A stretch of DNA of 34,634 nucleotides from Cyanobacteria bacterium P01_A01_bin.123 (GTDB lineage: Bacteria > Cyanobacteriota > Cyanobacteriia > Phormidesmidales > Phormidesmidaceae), in NCBI GenBank assembly GCA_039815185.1, contig JBCBZT010000065.1:1-34634 (forward strand), read 5' to 3'. The notes under the pieces are model-generated. The model made no database searches. It worked only from the letters and a program-made list of their open reading frames with translations, and was not told the origin of the DNA. Below are positions 18,200-28,200 of this stretch, in pieces. The position numbers and the translations under genes are program-made. Each line of letters opens with the position of its first letter. The stretch's first letter is position 1.

Positions 18200-19717
18200 A
18201 TGACAAAAGCGAACTACATATTAGCCCTTGACCTTGGAACCACAGGTAATCGGGCCATCCTGTTCAATCGGGCAGGAGACATTGTTGGTCAAGCTTATAA
18301 AGAGTTGACTCAGTATTATCCCCAACCCGGTTGGTTAGAGCACGACCCGCGAGAAATCTGGCAAGGTACCCACTGGGCTATTCAAACCGCCATCCAAAAA
18401 GCCAGCATTGAACCGGCTGAAATTGCGGCTATTGGCTTGACGGTTCAGCGAGAGACCTGCCTCCTATGGGATAAGCAGACGGGGCGACCCTTACACAACG
18501 CCATTGTCTGGCAAGATCGCCGTACTGCACCGCTGTGTAATGAGCTCCGACAACGGGGACTGGCGCAAGATATCTATGACCGTACGGGGCTGGTGCTGGA
18601 TGCTTATTTTTCGGCGAGTAAACTGGCGTGGCTGCTCGATAATGTGCGTCAGACCCAGATCGAGCCTCCTTTAGACGAAGACAATATCCTGGCGGGTACA
18701 GTTGATGCCTGGGCCTTGTGGAATTTGACCGGACGGCGGATACACGCCACGGATCACAGCAATGCTAGCCGCACCATGTTGCTTAATCTCGGCTCGGGTC
18801 AATGGGATGAAACCTTGCTGAATCTATTTGAACTGCCGCCCCATTTCATGCCAGAAATCCGTCCCAGCCTAGGCCATTTTGGCATGACTGATGCTGAAGT
18901 CGTGGGCGCAGAAATTCCAATTATGGCGATCTTTGGCGACCAGCAAGCGGCATTATTTGCCCATGGCTGTAATCGTCCAGGTCTGCTTAAGTGTACCTAC
19001 GGGACAGGAGCCTTTTTGGTGGCCCATACGGGAGAGGGAGTGGCCAGGTCGCAGAATCAACTCCTCTCCACCATAGCCTGGTCTGACTCGGTTAGTGATG
19101 GGCCTGTGAAAGTTGGCTATGCCTTAGAAGGCAGTATGTTTACAGCTGGGGCTTGTATTCAGTGGCTGCGCGACGGCATTAAAGTGATTACCACTGCTGC
19201 CGATACTGAACCCATGGCTGAGAAGGTGGCTGACAATGGCGGTGTGTACTTCGTACCGGCTTTGAGTGGCTTAGGTGCACCTCATTGGGATATGAACGCC
19301 CGAGGCACGTTCATGGGCATTACCGGGGGGGTTCAGCGCGAGCATATGGTGCGCTCGGTATTAGAAGCGATCGCCTATGAAGTCAAAGAAGTAGTGGATG
19401 CGGTAAATCAAGACAGCGGCACCGACATTGGCATGCTTAAAGTAGATGGCGGGGCCTGCCAAAACAACTTTTTGATGCAGTTCCAAGCCGATGCCTTAGG
19501 GATTCCGATTGAGCGCCCTGCGGTACTGGATGCCACGGCTCAGGGAGCAGCCTTTGGGGCAGGATTGGCTTCTGGTTTTTGGGACAGCTACGACGATTTG
19601 ATCAAGGCCCGAAAGATCGATCGGGTATTTGAACCCGGTGCCGGCGCAAATCAGGCTCAAGACAACTTCAAGTTTTGGGTCAAAGCTTTGGCTCGTGCCA
19701 AACACTGGGTTGAGTAG
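18200..19717 (+). CDS. glpK: Glycerol kinase
   Basis: DLGTTG, QRET, NAIVWQDRRT, YFSASK, TDHSNASRT, GDQQAALF, KCTYGTG and KVDGGA motifs. Confidence 0.96.
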   Translation: MTKANYILALDLGTTGNRAILFNRAGDIVGQAYKELTQYYPQPGWLEHDPREIWQGTHWAIQTAIQKASIEPAEIAAIGLTVQRETCLLWDKQTGRPLHNAIVWQDRRTAPLCNELRQRGLAQDIYDRTGLVLDAYFSASKLAWLLDNVRQTQIEPPLDEDNILAGTVDAWALWNLTGRRIHATDHSNASRTMLLNLGSGQWDETLLNLFELPPHFMPEIRPSLGHFGMTDAEVVGAEIPIMAIFGDQQAALFAHGCNRPGLLKCTYGTGAFLVAHTGEGVARSQNQLLSTIAWSDSVSDGPVKVGYALEGSMFTAGACIQWLRDGIKVITTAADTEPMAEKVADNGGVYFVPALSGLGAPHWDMNARGTFMGITGGVQREHMVRSVLEAIAYEVKEVVDAVNQDSGTDIGMLKVDGGACQNNFLMQFQADALGIPIERPAVLDATAQGAAFGAGLASGFWDSYDDLIKARKIDRVFEPGAGANQAQDNFKFWVKALARAKHWVE

Positions 19718-19731
19718 AGTTAGTCACTTCT

Positions 19732-19795
19732 AGAAACCGGGTTTCTTCTAATGGATAGATAAGGTTTAATTTTCCTGACAGGAAACCCAGTTTCT
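19732..19795. repeat. Pair of AGAAACCSGGTTTCT-type palindromic repeats
   Basis: AGAAACCGGGTTTCT (19732-19746) and GGAAACCCAGTTTCT (19781-19795) are mutually inverted (13/15) and lie between convergent genes. Confidence 0.7.
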
Positions 19796-19814
19796 CGCGA
19801 TGGGTCAACTATCC

Positions 19815-20807
19815 CTAGATCTTTTTCAGCAAAATCTCAACTGCTTCAGCAATTAGCTCAGGTTCATCAATCCAGACGAAATGGCCGCTTTTTTGAGCTT
19901 GTAGTTGAACGGTTTTAGATGACAGCTTCATTAATTGTTCATGCATGCGATCGCGTAGCGAATTGGCACTTTTAAGCGGAATTAAAATCGTCCAAAACGC
20001 GGGCTGAAAAAATGAGTTGGCTTTAATACTAACGATGGGCAGATTGCCTAAATCTTTGGCTTCACTGACTTGTTGGCCGCTGCGATTGATGCCCCATAGC
20101 TCCTGGGCCATAGTTAGCCAATGTTTGGGACGGCAAAAAGAGCGTTTTACCCTGGCAACCTCAACCGCAGGGAACTTCCGCAGCTCAGGCTTTAAAAGTT
20201 CGAAGATGGCGCAGACCTTCAGCAGCCGAATAATGCCGAAAAGTGCCCCCAGCACTGACATCAAAAAGCCTGAAATAAACACTAGCTTAAGGATAACTAA
20301 CGGCAACGGCATCGATAACATTCCGCTTTCGTGTAGTCCGTCTGTCAGTACCAACCCTGAGACTTTCTCGGGGAATCGATGGGCATAAAGTCGCATATTA
20401 TAGCTACCAAAAGAATCGCCAATCAAAATGTAGGGTGGGGCGATGTGCGCACGGGTTAACAAGGTGTCAAGTTCTGCGACGATTGAGGCGCTTTGCCGAG
20501 GCTGGGGACTGCGATCGCTCCAGCCATAACCCGCTCGGTCATAAATACAAACCCGGCCAAATTGAGCGAGATGTTCGGTTAATAAATACCCTTCTACACC
20601 GCCCAAGCTGTGATCTAAGACTAGGGTTGGGCGGGGCGGAGCTGTTTCTGCTTGAAGCTGTTTAGGTTCAATAACGTTAAGGTGTAAAGCATAGCCGCCT
20701 ATATCAACACGAGTCCCGGGGGGAGATGTTTGATCTTCTCGTAAGCAGGCTAAGGTTTGGTAGAGCGTCGTGACAAGCAGTACCAGCAAACGATAAGGAA
20801 TAAACAT
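19815..20807 (-). CDS. Alpha/beta fold hydrolase
   Basis: YDRAGYGWS, nucleophile elbow GDSFG, C-terminal SGHFVW His motif, hydrophobic N-terminus. Confidence 0.88.
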   Translation of the reverse strand: MFIPYRLLVLLVTTLYQTLACLREDQTSPPGTRVDIGGYALHLNVIEPKQLQAETAPPRPTLVLDHSLGGVEGYLLTEHLAQFGRVCIYDRAGYGWSDRSPQPRQSASIVAELDTLLTRAHIAPPYILIGDSFGSYNMRLYAHRFPEKVSGLVLTDGLHESGMLSMPLPLVILKLVFISGFLMSVLGALFGIIRLLKVCAIFELLKPELRKFPAVEVARVKRSFCRPKHWLTMAQELWGINRSGQQVSEAKDLGNLPIVSIKANSFFQPAFWTILIPLKSANSLRDRMHEQLMKLSSKTVQLQAQKSGHFVWIDEPELIAEAVEILLKKI

Positions 20808-20975
20808 CAGTTCAAATCTGTGTGGGGCTAACGCCAGATGATAGGAGTTTTCTTAGCGTGTTATTTGTTGCGCGATCGCTGAGGGCTGATTGCTTAACAG
20901 CGCCATCCTCTTTAAGCCACAGAGCATTAATTGAGTATTCCGAATACTTCTATGACGCGATTGATATTGATTTGA

Positions 20976-21581
20976 ATGATGACGACGAGTGATTATGATT
21001 TTTGGGAAGATCGCTATCAAACAGGCGGCGATCGCTGGGATTTAGGCCAACCTGCCCCCCCTTTCGTGGATTGGCTGAATTCAGATTATGCCCCTGCGCC
21101 GGGTCGCGCCATCGTCTTGGGTTGCGGTCGGGGTTATGACGCGCTGTTGTTTGCTCAGCATGGCTTTGAGGTAGTTGGGATTGATTTTGCTCCGGCTGCG
21201 ATCGCGGCGGCTACTGCCAGTGCTGGAGCCAAGGGACTAAACGCTAAGTTTTTGCAGCGTGACATCTTTGACCTAGTACCCGAATTTTCCCGGCAGTTCG
21301 ATTACGTGGTCGAGCACACCTGTTTTTGCGCCATCGATCCAACCCTGCGTCCGGCCTATGTCGCATTGGTCAGCCAGTTGCTCAAACCCAGTGGGGCTTT
21401 GCTGGGGATATTTTTCACTCACACCCGCCCAGGTGGGCCACCCTATGGGTCAACCCCTCAAGATATCGAACAACTCTTTCGCGATCGCTTTGAAATTCAG
21501 ACTTTAGTGCCTGTTGCCTGCTCAATCCCCGCTCGGCAAGGCGAAGAGCACGTGGGGCATTTCCCATTGATCGTGCCTTAA
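20976..21581 (+). CDS. TPMT / thiol-halide family SAM-dependent methyltransferase
   Basis: FWEDRY....RWDLG, LGCGRGYD, EHTCFCAIDP and GGPPY motifs. Confidence 0.88.
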   Translation: MMTTSDYDFWEDRYQTGGDRWDLGQPAPPFVDWLNSDYAPAPGRAIVLGCGRGYDALLFAQHGFEVVGIDFAPAAIAAATASAGAKGLNAKFLQRDIFDLVPEFSRQFDYVVEHTCFCAIDPTLRPAYVALVSQLLKPSGALLGIFFTHTRPGGPPYGSTPQDIEQLFRDRFEIQTLVPVACSIPARQGEEHVGHFPLIVP

Positions 21582-21629
21582 CAGCCCAACCGAACCGAAC
21601 CGAACTTCAACTGGACCAGTGGGGTTGTC

Positions 21630-21661
21630 TATAATCGAATAATAAAGTAAAGTTTTGTAAA
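21630..21661 (+). promoter_or_regulatory. nblB promoter: TATAAT -10 followed by an HLR1-like site
   Basis: TATAAT at 21630-21635. On the - strand, TTTACAAA-AC-TTTACTTT at 21644-21661 has one mismatch to HLR1. Confidence 0.55.
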
Positions 21662-21675
21662 TTATTTGATGACTT

Positions 21676-22347
21676 ATGGCTAAGCTTAGTGTTACTGAGG
21701 TTGCAGTCTGGTTGGAGAGCGGTAGCTCCAGAGAACGGATGATTGCACTTGCCAATTTACGGAATGTGCCTGCCGAAGAGGCTGCACCCCTTATTAGAAA
21801 AGTAATTGACGACGAGAACTTGCAAATTCGATCGATGGCAGTTTTTGCCCTAGGGCTCAAGCCTGACGCAGAAGCCTTCGAGACGTTAGTCGATCTGATG
21901 GAGGGCGATGCGGACTACGGTATTCGTGCTGATGCAGCGGGTGCTCTGGGGTATTTGGGTGACCCTCGTGGATTTGAACCTTTAGTCCATGCTTTCTACG
22001 AAGATACCGATTGGCTGGTGTGTTTTAGTGCAGCTGTATCGTTGGGCAACTTGAAAGATCCTCGTGCGCACGATGTTCTAGTCAAAGCGCTAGATAGCGA
22101 TATGGAAGTGATTCAACAAGCCGCGATCGCGGCCATTGGGGAAATCGGCGATACTGAAGCGATTGAAAATATTTTACAATTTGCTCAATCTGAGGATTGG
22201 CTTGTGCGTCAGCGCTTGGCAGAAGCCCTAGGCAATTTACCGACCGATAAAACCGAGGCAGCCCTGCGGTTTCTAGAAAAAGACGCCCATCCCCACGTGG
22301 CAACAGCAGCCCAGATTTCTTTGCAGCGATTGAGTGAGGCTAAGTAG
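21676..22347 (+). CDS. nblB: HEAT-repeat (PBS lyase-like) phycobilisome degradation protein NblB
   Basis: HEAT repeats with QIRSMAVFALG, DYGIRADAAGALGYLGD, FYEDTDWLV.FSAAVSLGNL and DWLVRQRLAEALGNL. Confidence 0.82.
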   Translation: MAKLSVTEVAVWLESGSSRERMIALANLRNVPAEEAAPLIRKVIDDENLQIRSMAVFALGLKPDAEAFETLVDLMEGDADYGIRADAAGALGYLGDPRGFEPLVHAFYEDTDWLVCFSAAVSLGNLKDPRAHDVLVKALDSDMEVIQQAAIAAIGEIGDTEAIENILQFAQSEDWLVRQRLAEALGNLPTDKTEAALRFLEKDAHPHVATAAQISLQRLSEAK

Positions 22348-23272
22348 CGATTGCAGACACGAAGCGATCGCGTCCAGTTAAATCAGGATGGACTTGTATT
22401 GCTCGGTAGCGATTTGTCCCTTCCAGCAAAGTGCTGACGCTATCCGCTTGATTGAGCATCATTTCCGCCAGCCAAAGTCCCCCTTCACGCAAGTATTGCG
22501 GCGCTTTGTGTACTAGTTGATTGAGGCAGCCTAAGCCATCAATGTCGCCGTCAAGGGCTAGGGTGGGTTCATGGCGGGCAACTTCTGGCGCTAGGTTAGG
22601 AATCATGGTGCTCGGAATGTAGGGGGGGTTGGACACCATCCCCGCTAGTGATGCGGTTAGATCTGCTAAGGGCTCAAACCAAGATCCTTGGCGAAATTCG
22701 ATCCGATGACTGACCTGATTCATAGCGGCATTGGCTTGGGCAATTGCGATTGCGGCTTCACTGATATCCGTAGCAATGACGGTGGCGTTGGGGAAGGCAG
22801 TGGCTAACCCAATCGCGATCGCCCCACTCCCCGTCCCCAAATCGACCCAGATACCTTGGCTCAGTTCTGCTGCAATTGGGCTTTGGGCAACAGTAGCAAC
22901 CGCAATATCGATCATCAATTCCGTCTCTGGGCGCGGAATCAACACCGCTGGCGATACCTGCAGGCGAAAGTTGCGCCAAGTCGTATAGCCCACCAAATAT
23001 TGAACCGGCACCCGAGCTTGAATTCGCTGTTGCCAAAGGGTTTGGAGATCATCCAGCGATCGCGTTATGGTGATTTGGCGCTGATGTCGAAAACTGCCTA
23101 ATTGCAACGCCAATCGATCTAACCCCGTGATCTCCCGCAGCAGCCACACCAGTTCAACCGCAGGCACATCAGCCTCAACCGCCTGTTGCTTTGCCTGTTG
23201 CCACCAGTCCCACAAGCGATCGCCCGAAATTAAACAGTCAGCTTTTTTATCAGGTACCCCATCCTCCATCAC
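22340..23272 (-). CDS. prmC: Release factor glutamine N5-methyltransferase PrmC/HemK
   Basis: PVQY, VLIPRPETE, DLGTGSGAIA, SNPPY and HEP.LALDG motifs. Overlaps the 3' end of nblB by 8 nt. Confidence 0.95.
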   Translation of the reverse strand: MMEDGVPDKKADCLISGDRLWDWWQQAKQQAVEADVPAVELVWLLREITGLDRLALQLGSFRHQRQITITRSLDDLQTLWQQRIQARVPVQYLVGYTTWRNFRLQVSPAVLIPRPETELMIDIAVATVAQSPIAAELSQGIWVDLGTGSGAIAIGLATAFPNATVIATDISEAAIAIAQANAAMNQVSHRIEFRQGSWFEPLADLTASLAGMVSNPPYIPSTMIPNLAPEVARHEPTLALDGDIDGLGCLNQLVHKAPQYLREGGLWLAEMMLNQADSVSTLLEGTNRYRAIQVHPDLTGRDRFVSAIAT

Positions 23273-23289
23273 CCATTACCTATCACTCC

Positions 23290-24108
23290 CTATGCTGCCC
23301 TCGTCCCAATTTCCCACAACACCTCTCCAGTCACTGCCATCGCGCCCTCAAAAATCGCGACTGCCCCAGCTTGAGTCAATTGTTCGCCATAGCGGGCAGC
23401 ATAGTCTGCACTGTACTGCACATGGGGCGGCAGAATGCCCAAACCAAGCCACTGCCGTTGGGTCTCCTGGGTATGGGCTTTGATGGGGGTTTGCATATCT
23501 GCCACAGTATCGCCCAAGTAAAACACAGGTTTGCCCATAGTGTTGGGGAAGCGCGATTCCAACTGTTTGACAGCCATTACCAATCCGGTGGGGTCTGGTT
23601 TACCCGGTGCATCTTCCATGGTGATCAGCACGGGATCCGACAGCGCTAGCCGTCGTTCGATCACATAGCTAGCCGACCCCCGCGTCGCCCCGCTAAAAAA
23701 GCCCCAAGCTACCCCTGCCTGGGTCAGTTGTTCAAAGTAATTTGCCGTGACTAATAACGGTTCATCTGCGATATACCCCGTCCACTGATCCGGATCCTCA
23801 GGATCAGGCCCCCGATAGCGGCATTGAAACCAGTGCACCAAGGTCTCATAGTCGAGGTTAACATCCGTCCTTAATTGTCCCTCACGTTCAGCATGGCGAT
23901 AGACCAGCTCTTGAGAGCAATGCCAGTCGTTGTTCCAAACACCTTCGCTTTTCAGGCGATCGATATCTTCTGGTGAGGGGCGGTAGGCTCCGGCGGTAAA
24001 GTGCTCAACTGTATCTGCGATCGCCCGTCGATAAGACCCACTGACATCTCGAATGACGCCATCAATATCAAAAATCGCGATCGCGTTGCAGTCAAATAAA
24101 TTGGACAT
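23290..24108 (-). CDS. HAD-superfamily hydrolase (TIGR01548-like)
   Basis: Motif I FDIDGV..DV..SYR, WNNDW, KPDP, motif IV GDTVAD. Confidence 0.88.
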   Translation of the reverse strand: MSNLFDCNAIAIFDIDGVIRDVSGSYRRAIADTVEHFTAGAYRPSPEDIDRLKSEGVWNNDWHCSQELVYRHAEREGQLRTDVNLDYETLVHWFQCRYRGPDPEDPDQWTGYIADEPLLVTANYFEQLTQAGVAWGFFSGATRGSASYVIERRLALSDPVLITMEDAPGKPDPTGLVMAVKQLESRFPNTMGKPVFYLGDTVADMQTPIKAHTQETQRQWLGLGILPPHVQYSADYAARYGEQLTQAGAVAIFEGAMAVTGEVLWEIGTRAA

Positions 24109-24268
24109 CTTGAGTGTCTATAAAGGACAGTAAGCTTCTGGACATGATGGTTCAGCGTTTTGGTTCAATTAGCGATGGGCACGGTACAAAACCAAAGCTT
24201 ATCTCTTGCAAGAAATTGAGGTACTATAGAGGACTGTTGTCATTGTCTATTCCCACGCGGAGGTTTCA

Positions 24269-24568
24269 TTGTCGCGATTTATTCTAAAGGTGCTTTGGTT
24301 GGATAAAGATGTTGCCCTTGCCGTTGATCAGGTAGTTGGCAAAGGCACCAGCCCGCTCACTTCATACTTTTTCTGGCCACGTCACGACGCATGGGAGCAG
24401 ATGAAGACTGAACTTGAATCTAAGAACTGGATTGAAGAAGAAGAGCGGATTGAGCTGCTCAACAAAGCCACAGAGATTATCAACTATTGGCAAGAAGGCG
24501 GAAAAAACAAATCGCTGACTGAAGCTCAAGCGCAATTTCCTGAAGTTGCCTTTACAGGTAGTTCATGA
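24269..24568 (+). CDS. ycf65: 30S ribosomal protein PSRP-3 / Ycf65
   Basis: FILKVLWL...[28 protein letters not shown] start after SD GGAGG. Confidence 0.93.
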   Translation: MSRFILKVLWLDKDVALAVDQVVGKGTSPLTSYFFWPRHDAWEQMKTELESKNWIEEEERIELLNKATEIINYWQEGGKNKSLTEAQAQFPEVAFTGSS

Positions 24569-24597
24569 TTTGTTCAGACATTTACCATCTTGTCTAT

Positions 24598-24622
24598 TCC
24601 TTCCATCGGGAGGATTTTTTTT
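24598..24622 (+). terminator. Intrinsic terminator of ycf65
   Basis: TCCTTCC-ATC-GGGAGGA stem followed by T8. Confidence 0.75.
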
Positions 24623-24630
24623 GCTTAAAC

Positions 24631-24681
24631 CACATGCAGCACTGGCGTTTTGCTTACGGTAAAACGCCAGTGCTGCATGTG
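24631..24681. repeat. Perfect 21-bp inverted repeat with 9-nt spacer
   Basis: CACATGCAGCACTGGCGTTTT-GCTTACGGT-AAAACGCCAGTGCTGCATGTG. Confidence 0.95.
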
Positions 24682-24698
24682 AAAACGTTTTAGATGCC

Positions 24699-24733
24699 AA
24701 AAGGAAAGGGAGCACTAATGAGCACTCCCTCTT
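24699..24733 (-). terminator. Terminator of atpD-atpC
   Basis: On the - strand AGAGGGAGUGCU-CAUU-AGUGCUCCCUUU (12 bp, three G-U) followed by CCUUUU. Confidence 0.75.
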
Positions 24734-24787
24734 GTCCATACATTGAGTCATCAATACTAACAATGATGCGGCGGCGGTTAAGAAGAC

Positions 24788-25189
24788 CTAATTCCCGGCA
24801 GCTTGCAAACGAGCTCTGGCCCGCTTCAGCGCTCGGGTAGCCCGCACTTTTTCTTGGCTATCGTCACCAGAGACTTGATCGAGTGCCTGCTGGGCTTCTT
24901 CATAGGCTGTTTGGGCATCATCTTTGCTGATGGTGTCGCCCCGCTCCGCTCCGTTGACGAGAATTGTGACCTCATCACTGTCAACTTCGGCAAAGCCACC
25001 CATCAACGCGATCGCGATCCAGTCTTTTTCTGCCCGCACCCTCATGACACCGATATCGAGCGCTGTTAACAGCGGTGCGTGTCCTCCTAAAATACCCAGT
25101 TGCCCAGTGGTACTAGGGAGAATCACTTCTTCTGCTTCGGAGTCCCAAACGGTCTTGTCTGGAGCGACTACACGCACAGTTAATGGCAT
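24788..25189 (-). CDS. atpC: ATP synthase F1 epsilon subunit
   Basis: [49 protein letters not shown]. Start set at ATG 25189. Confidence 0.96.
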   Translation of the reverse strand: MPLTVRVVAPDKTVWDSEAEEVILPSTTGQLGILGGHAPLLTALDIGVMRVRAEKDWIAIALMGGFAEVDSDEVTILVNGAERGDTISKDDAQTAYEEAQQALDQVSGDDSQEKVRATRALKRARARLQAAGN

Positions 25190-25244
25190 AGTTTCCAATA
25201 ACCCTTAAAACGCTATGTTCAAACCAATTTATGCCTTAAATATC

Positions 25245-25293
25245 GTGAGGATTGATGGGCCTTTGACTTGACAAAGACCCAAGCAATCCCCAC
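25245..25293 (-). other. Intercistronic RNA stem-loop between atpD and atpC
   Basis: On the - strand GUGGGGAUUG/CAAUCCUCAC (10 bp) is stacked on UGGGUCUUU/AAAGGCCCA (9 bp). G-U pairs form only on the mRNA strand. Confidence 0.7.
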
Positions 25294-25303
25294 AGCTTAA
25301 GAT

Positions 25304-26836
<1,533 letters not shown>

Positions 26837-26965
26837 TTATCACTATTGCGGCACGACACACCGTAAGAATTCGGGGCAAAGCGACGGGGATCCTCGAATT
26901 TGTTGACTCAGGGTGGAAATCAGTGCTGACTCTGCCGACTCTGTCAGCGCCAAAGGGCTCAGATG

Positions 26966-27007
26966 CTGCTTCTAGAACGGTCTAGACTCAGGCCGTTCTA
27001 GAAGCAG
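26966..27007. terminator. Hairpin downstream of the PEP-CTERM gene
   Basis: CTGCTTCTAGAACGG / CCGTTCTAGAAGCAG perfect 15-bp inverted repeat, 10 nt after the stop. No U tract. Confidence 0.6.
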
Positions 27008-27017
27008 TCCACTCGCG

Positions 27018-27767
27018 TTAGACTACCTTGCCTCGCTGCTGGAGTTGTTTGTTAATACCCAAGGCACCAAGTCCCAATAGCCCTAATAGCAAGCCCGGCT
27101 CAGGCACAGATACCGGGGTAGGATCAACTGGATCGGGATCAATCGGATCAGGATCAACTGGATCGGGATCAACCGGATCAGGATCAGGCGTGACAGGATT
27201 ATCGATGGTACCGCTGTCGGTATCGGCCAGAAAAGCCAACGACCCTGCTTCAAAGCCGCTGTCCCAATCGAGCGTAAGTTGTCCAAACAGATCGCCAACA
27301 GAGATATCGATAGGCACTGAATAATCGAATGTCGTGGGAGCTTGTCCACCTGTAACGGTAAACGCCCCACCATCTGCAGAACCCGGCGTACCAAAGGCGA
27401 CAGGTAAAATATCAAACACTGTGTTACCCGGAACCGCGTCGATAATCAATGAGGTAATGCGCTCAAACCCGTCATAGCTAAACACCCAAGGATTATTGAA
27501 CCCATTAAACGTGTTGCCGCTTTGAGTCAGGCTCCACTCGGTGGCAAAAGCGCCCCCACTAAATCCGCCTGTGGGTTGCCAAATGGCGGTTTCAGAAAGA
27601 CCGCCGAGGAAGTTAACAGTCACTTCCATGCCGCCCATATCGGCACCTGTCGTTTGAAACCCCGTAAGCACGGTGGCGGCTTGAGATGATGACGCATTAA
27701 AGGCAGAGAAGCCCGCGATCGCGCAGGTGCCTAGGGCTACAGAGAATAGCTGATATTTAAACAACAT
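27018..27767 (-). CDS. PEP-CTERM sorting domain surface protein
   Basis: Signal peptide ending SQA-A, G/T/S/D-rich beta-like domain, (DPDPV)n linker, then VPEP + TM helix + basic tail. Confidence 0.9.
   Translation of the reverse strand: MLFKYQLFSVALGTCAIAGFSAFNASSSQAATVLTGFQTTGADMGGMEVTVNFLGGLSETAIWQPTGGFSGGAFATEWSLTQSGNTFNGFNNPWVFSYDGFERITSLIIDAVPGNTVFDILPVAFGTPGSADGGAFTVTGGQAPTTFDYSVPIDISVGDLFGQLTLDWDSGFEAGSLAFLADTDSGTIDNPVTPDPDPVDPDPVDPDPIDPDPVDPTPVSVPEPGLLLGLLGLGALGINKQLQQRGKVV
27121..27186. repeat. 15-bp/30-bp tandem repeat encoding the DPDPV linker
   Basis: GGATCAACTGGATCGGGATCAA(T/C)CGGATCA at 27121 and 27151 (29/30 identical). Each copy is a diverged dimer of a 15-mer. Confidence 0.9.
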
Positions 27768-27960
27768 GAGGAGCGAAATCTCAGTAAATCTTCGGTTATT
27801 CTGACGCCCAGCGTAGTCTTAGAGTTTCCGCTGCTAGTCCTAATTAAGTTTAATAAAAATGTGGCATTTTTGGATTGCCCCGTTCTCTGCACTGCAACTG
27901 CTAGCCCTTACGCCCAAAGCAGAGATAAATCTGTCATAGGGTGACACAGCAACTTGCACA

Positions 27961-27976
27961 GTTCGGGAACCCGTAC
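27961..27976 (+). promoter_or_regulatory. K-box of the groESL promoter
   Basis: GTTCGG-GAAC-CCGTAC matches the cyanobacterial K-box GTTCGG-NNAN-CCNNAC and lies upstream of TTGCAA (27988-27993). Confidence 0.85.
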
Positions 27977-28015
27977 AGTTGCTGTCATTGCAAAGGGTTC
28001 GCTGGCTCCGATAAA

Positions 28016-28042
28016 TTAGCACTCAGGGATTGAGAGTGCTAA
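28016..28042 (+). promoter_or_regulatory. CIRCE element (HrcA operator)
   Basis: TTAGCACTC-AGGGATTGA-GAGTGCTAA, perfect consensus with N9. It overlaps the -10-like TAAATT (28012-28017). Confidence 0.98.
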
Positions 28043-28200
28043 TCCTGTCGGGTCAACGCTGAATTTACCTTGCTAGGGTTCTAGTGGGTAAACGGTTGGC
28101 CCTGTGCCATGGCTGGAACCAATGCCATAGCCCAACTTAGGGCAGGATAGCGCTGATTCTTGTGAATTTTGAACTGTTAAAGCGAGTCTGGAGAGTTTCT

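Noticed and set aside
21590..21606. CCGAA x3 microrepeat
   Set aside because: Too short to distinguish from chance slippage.
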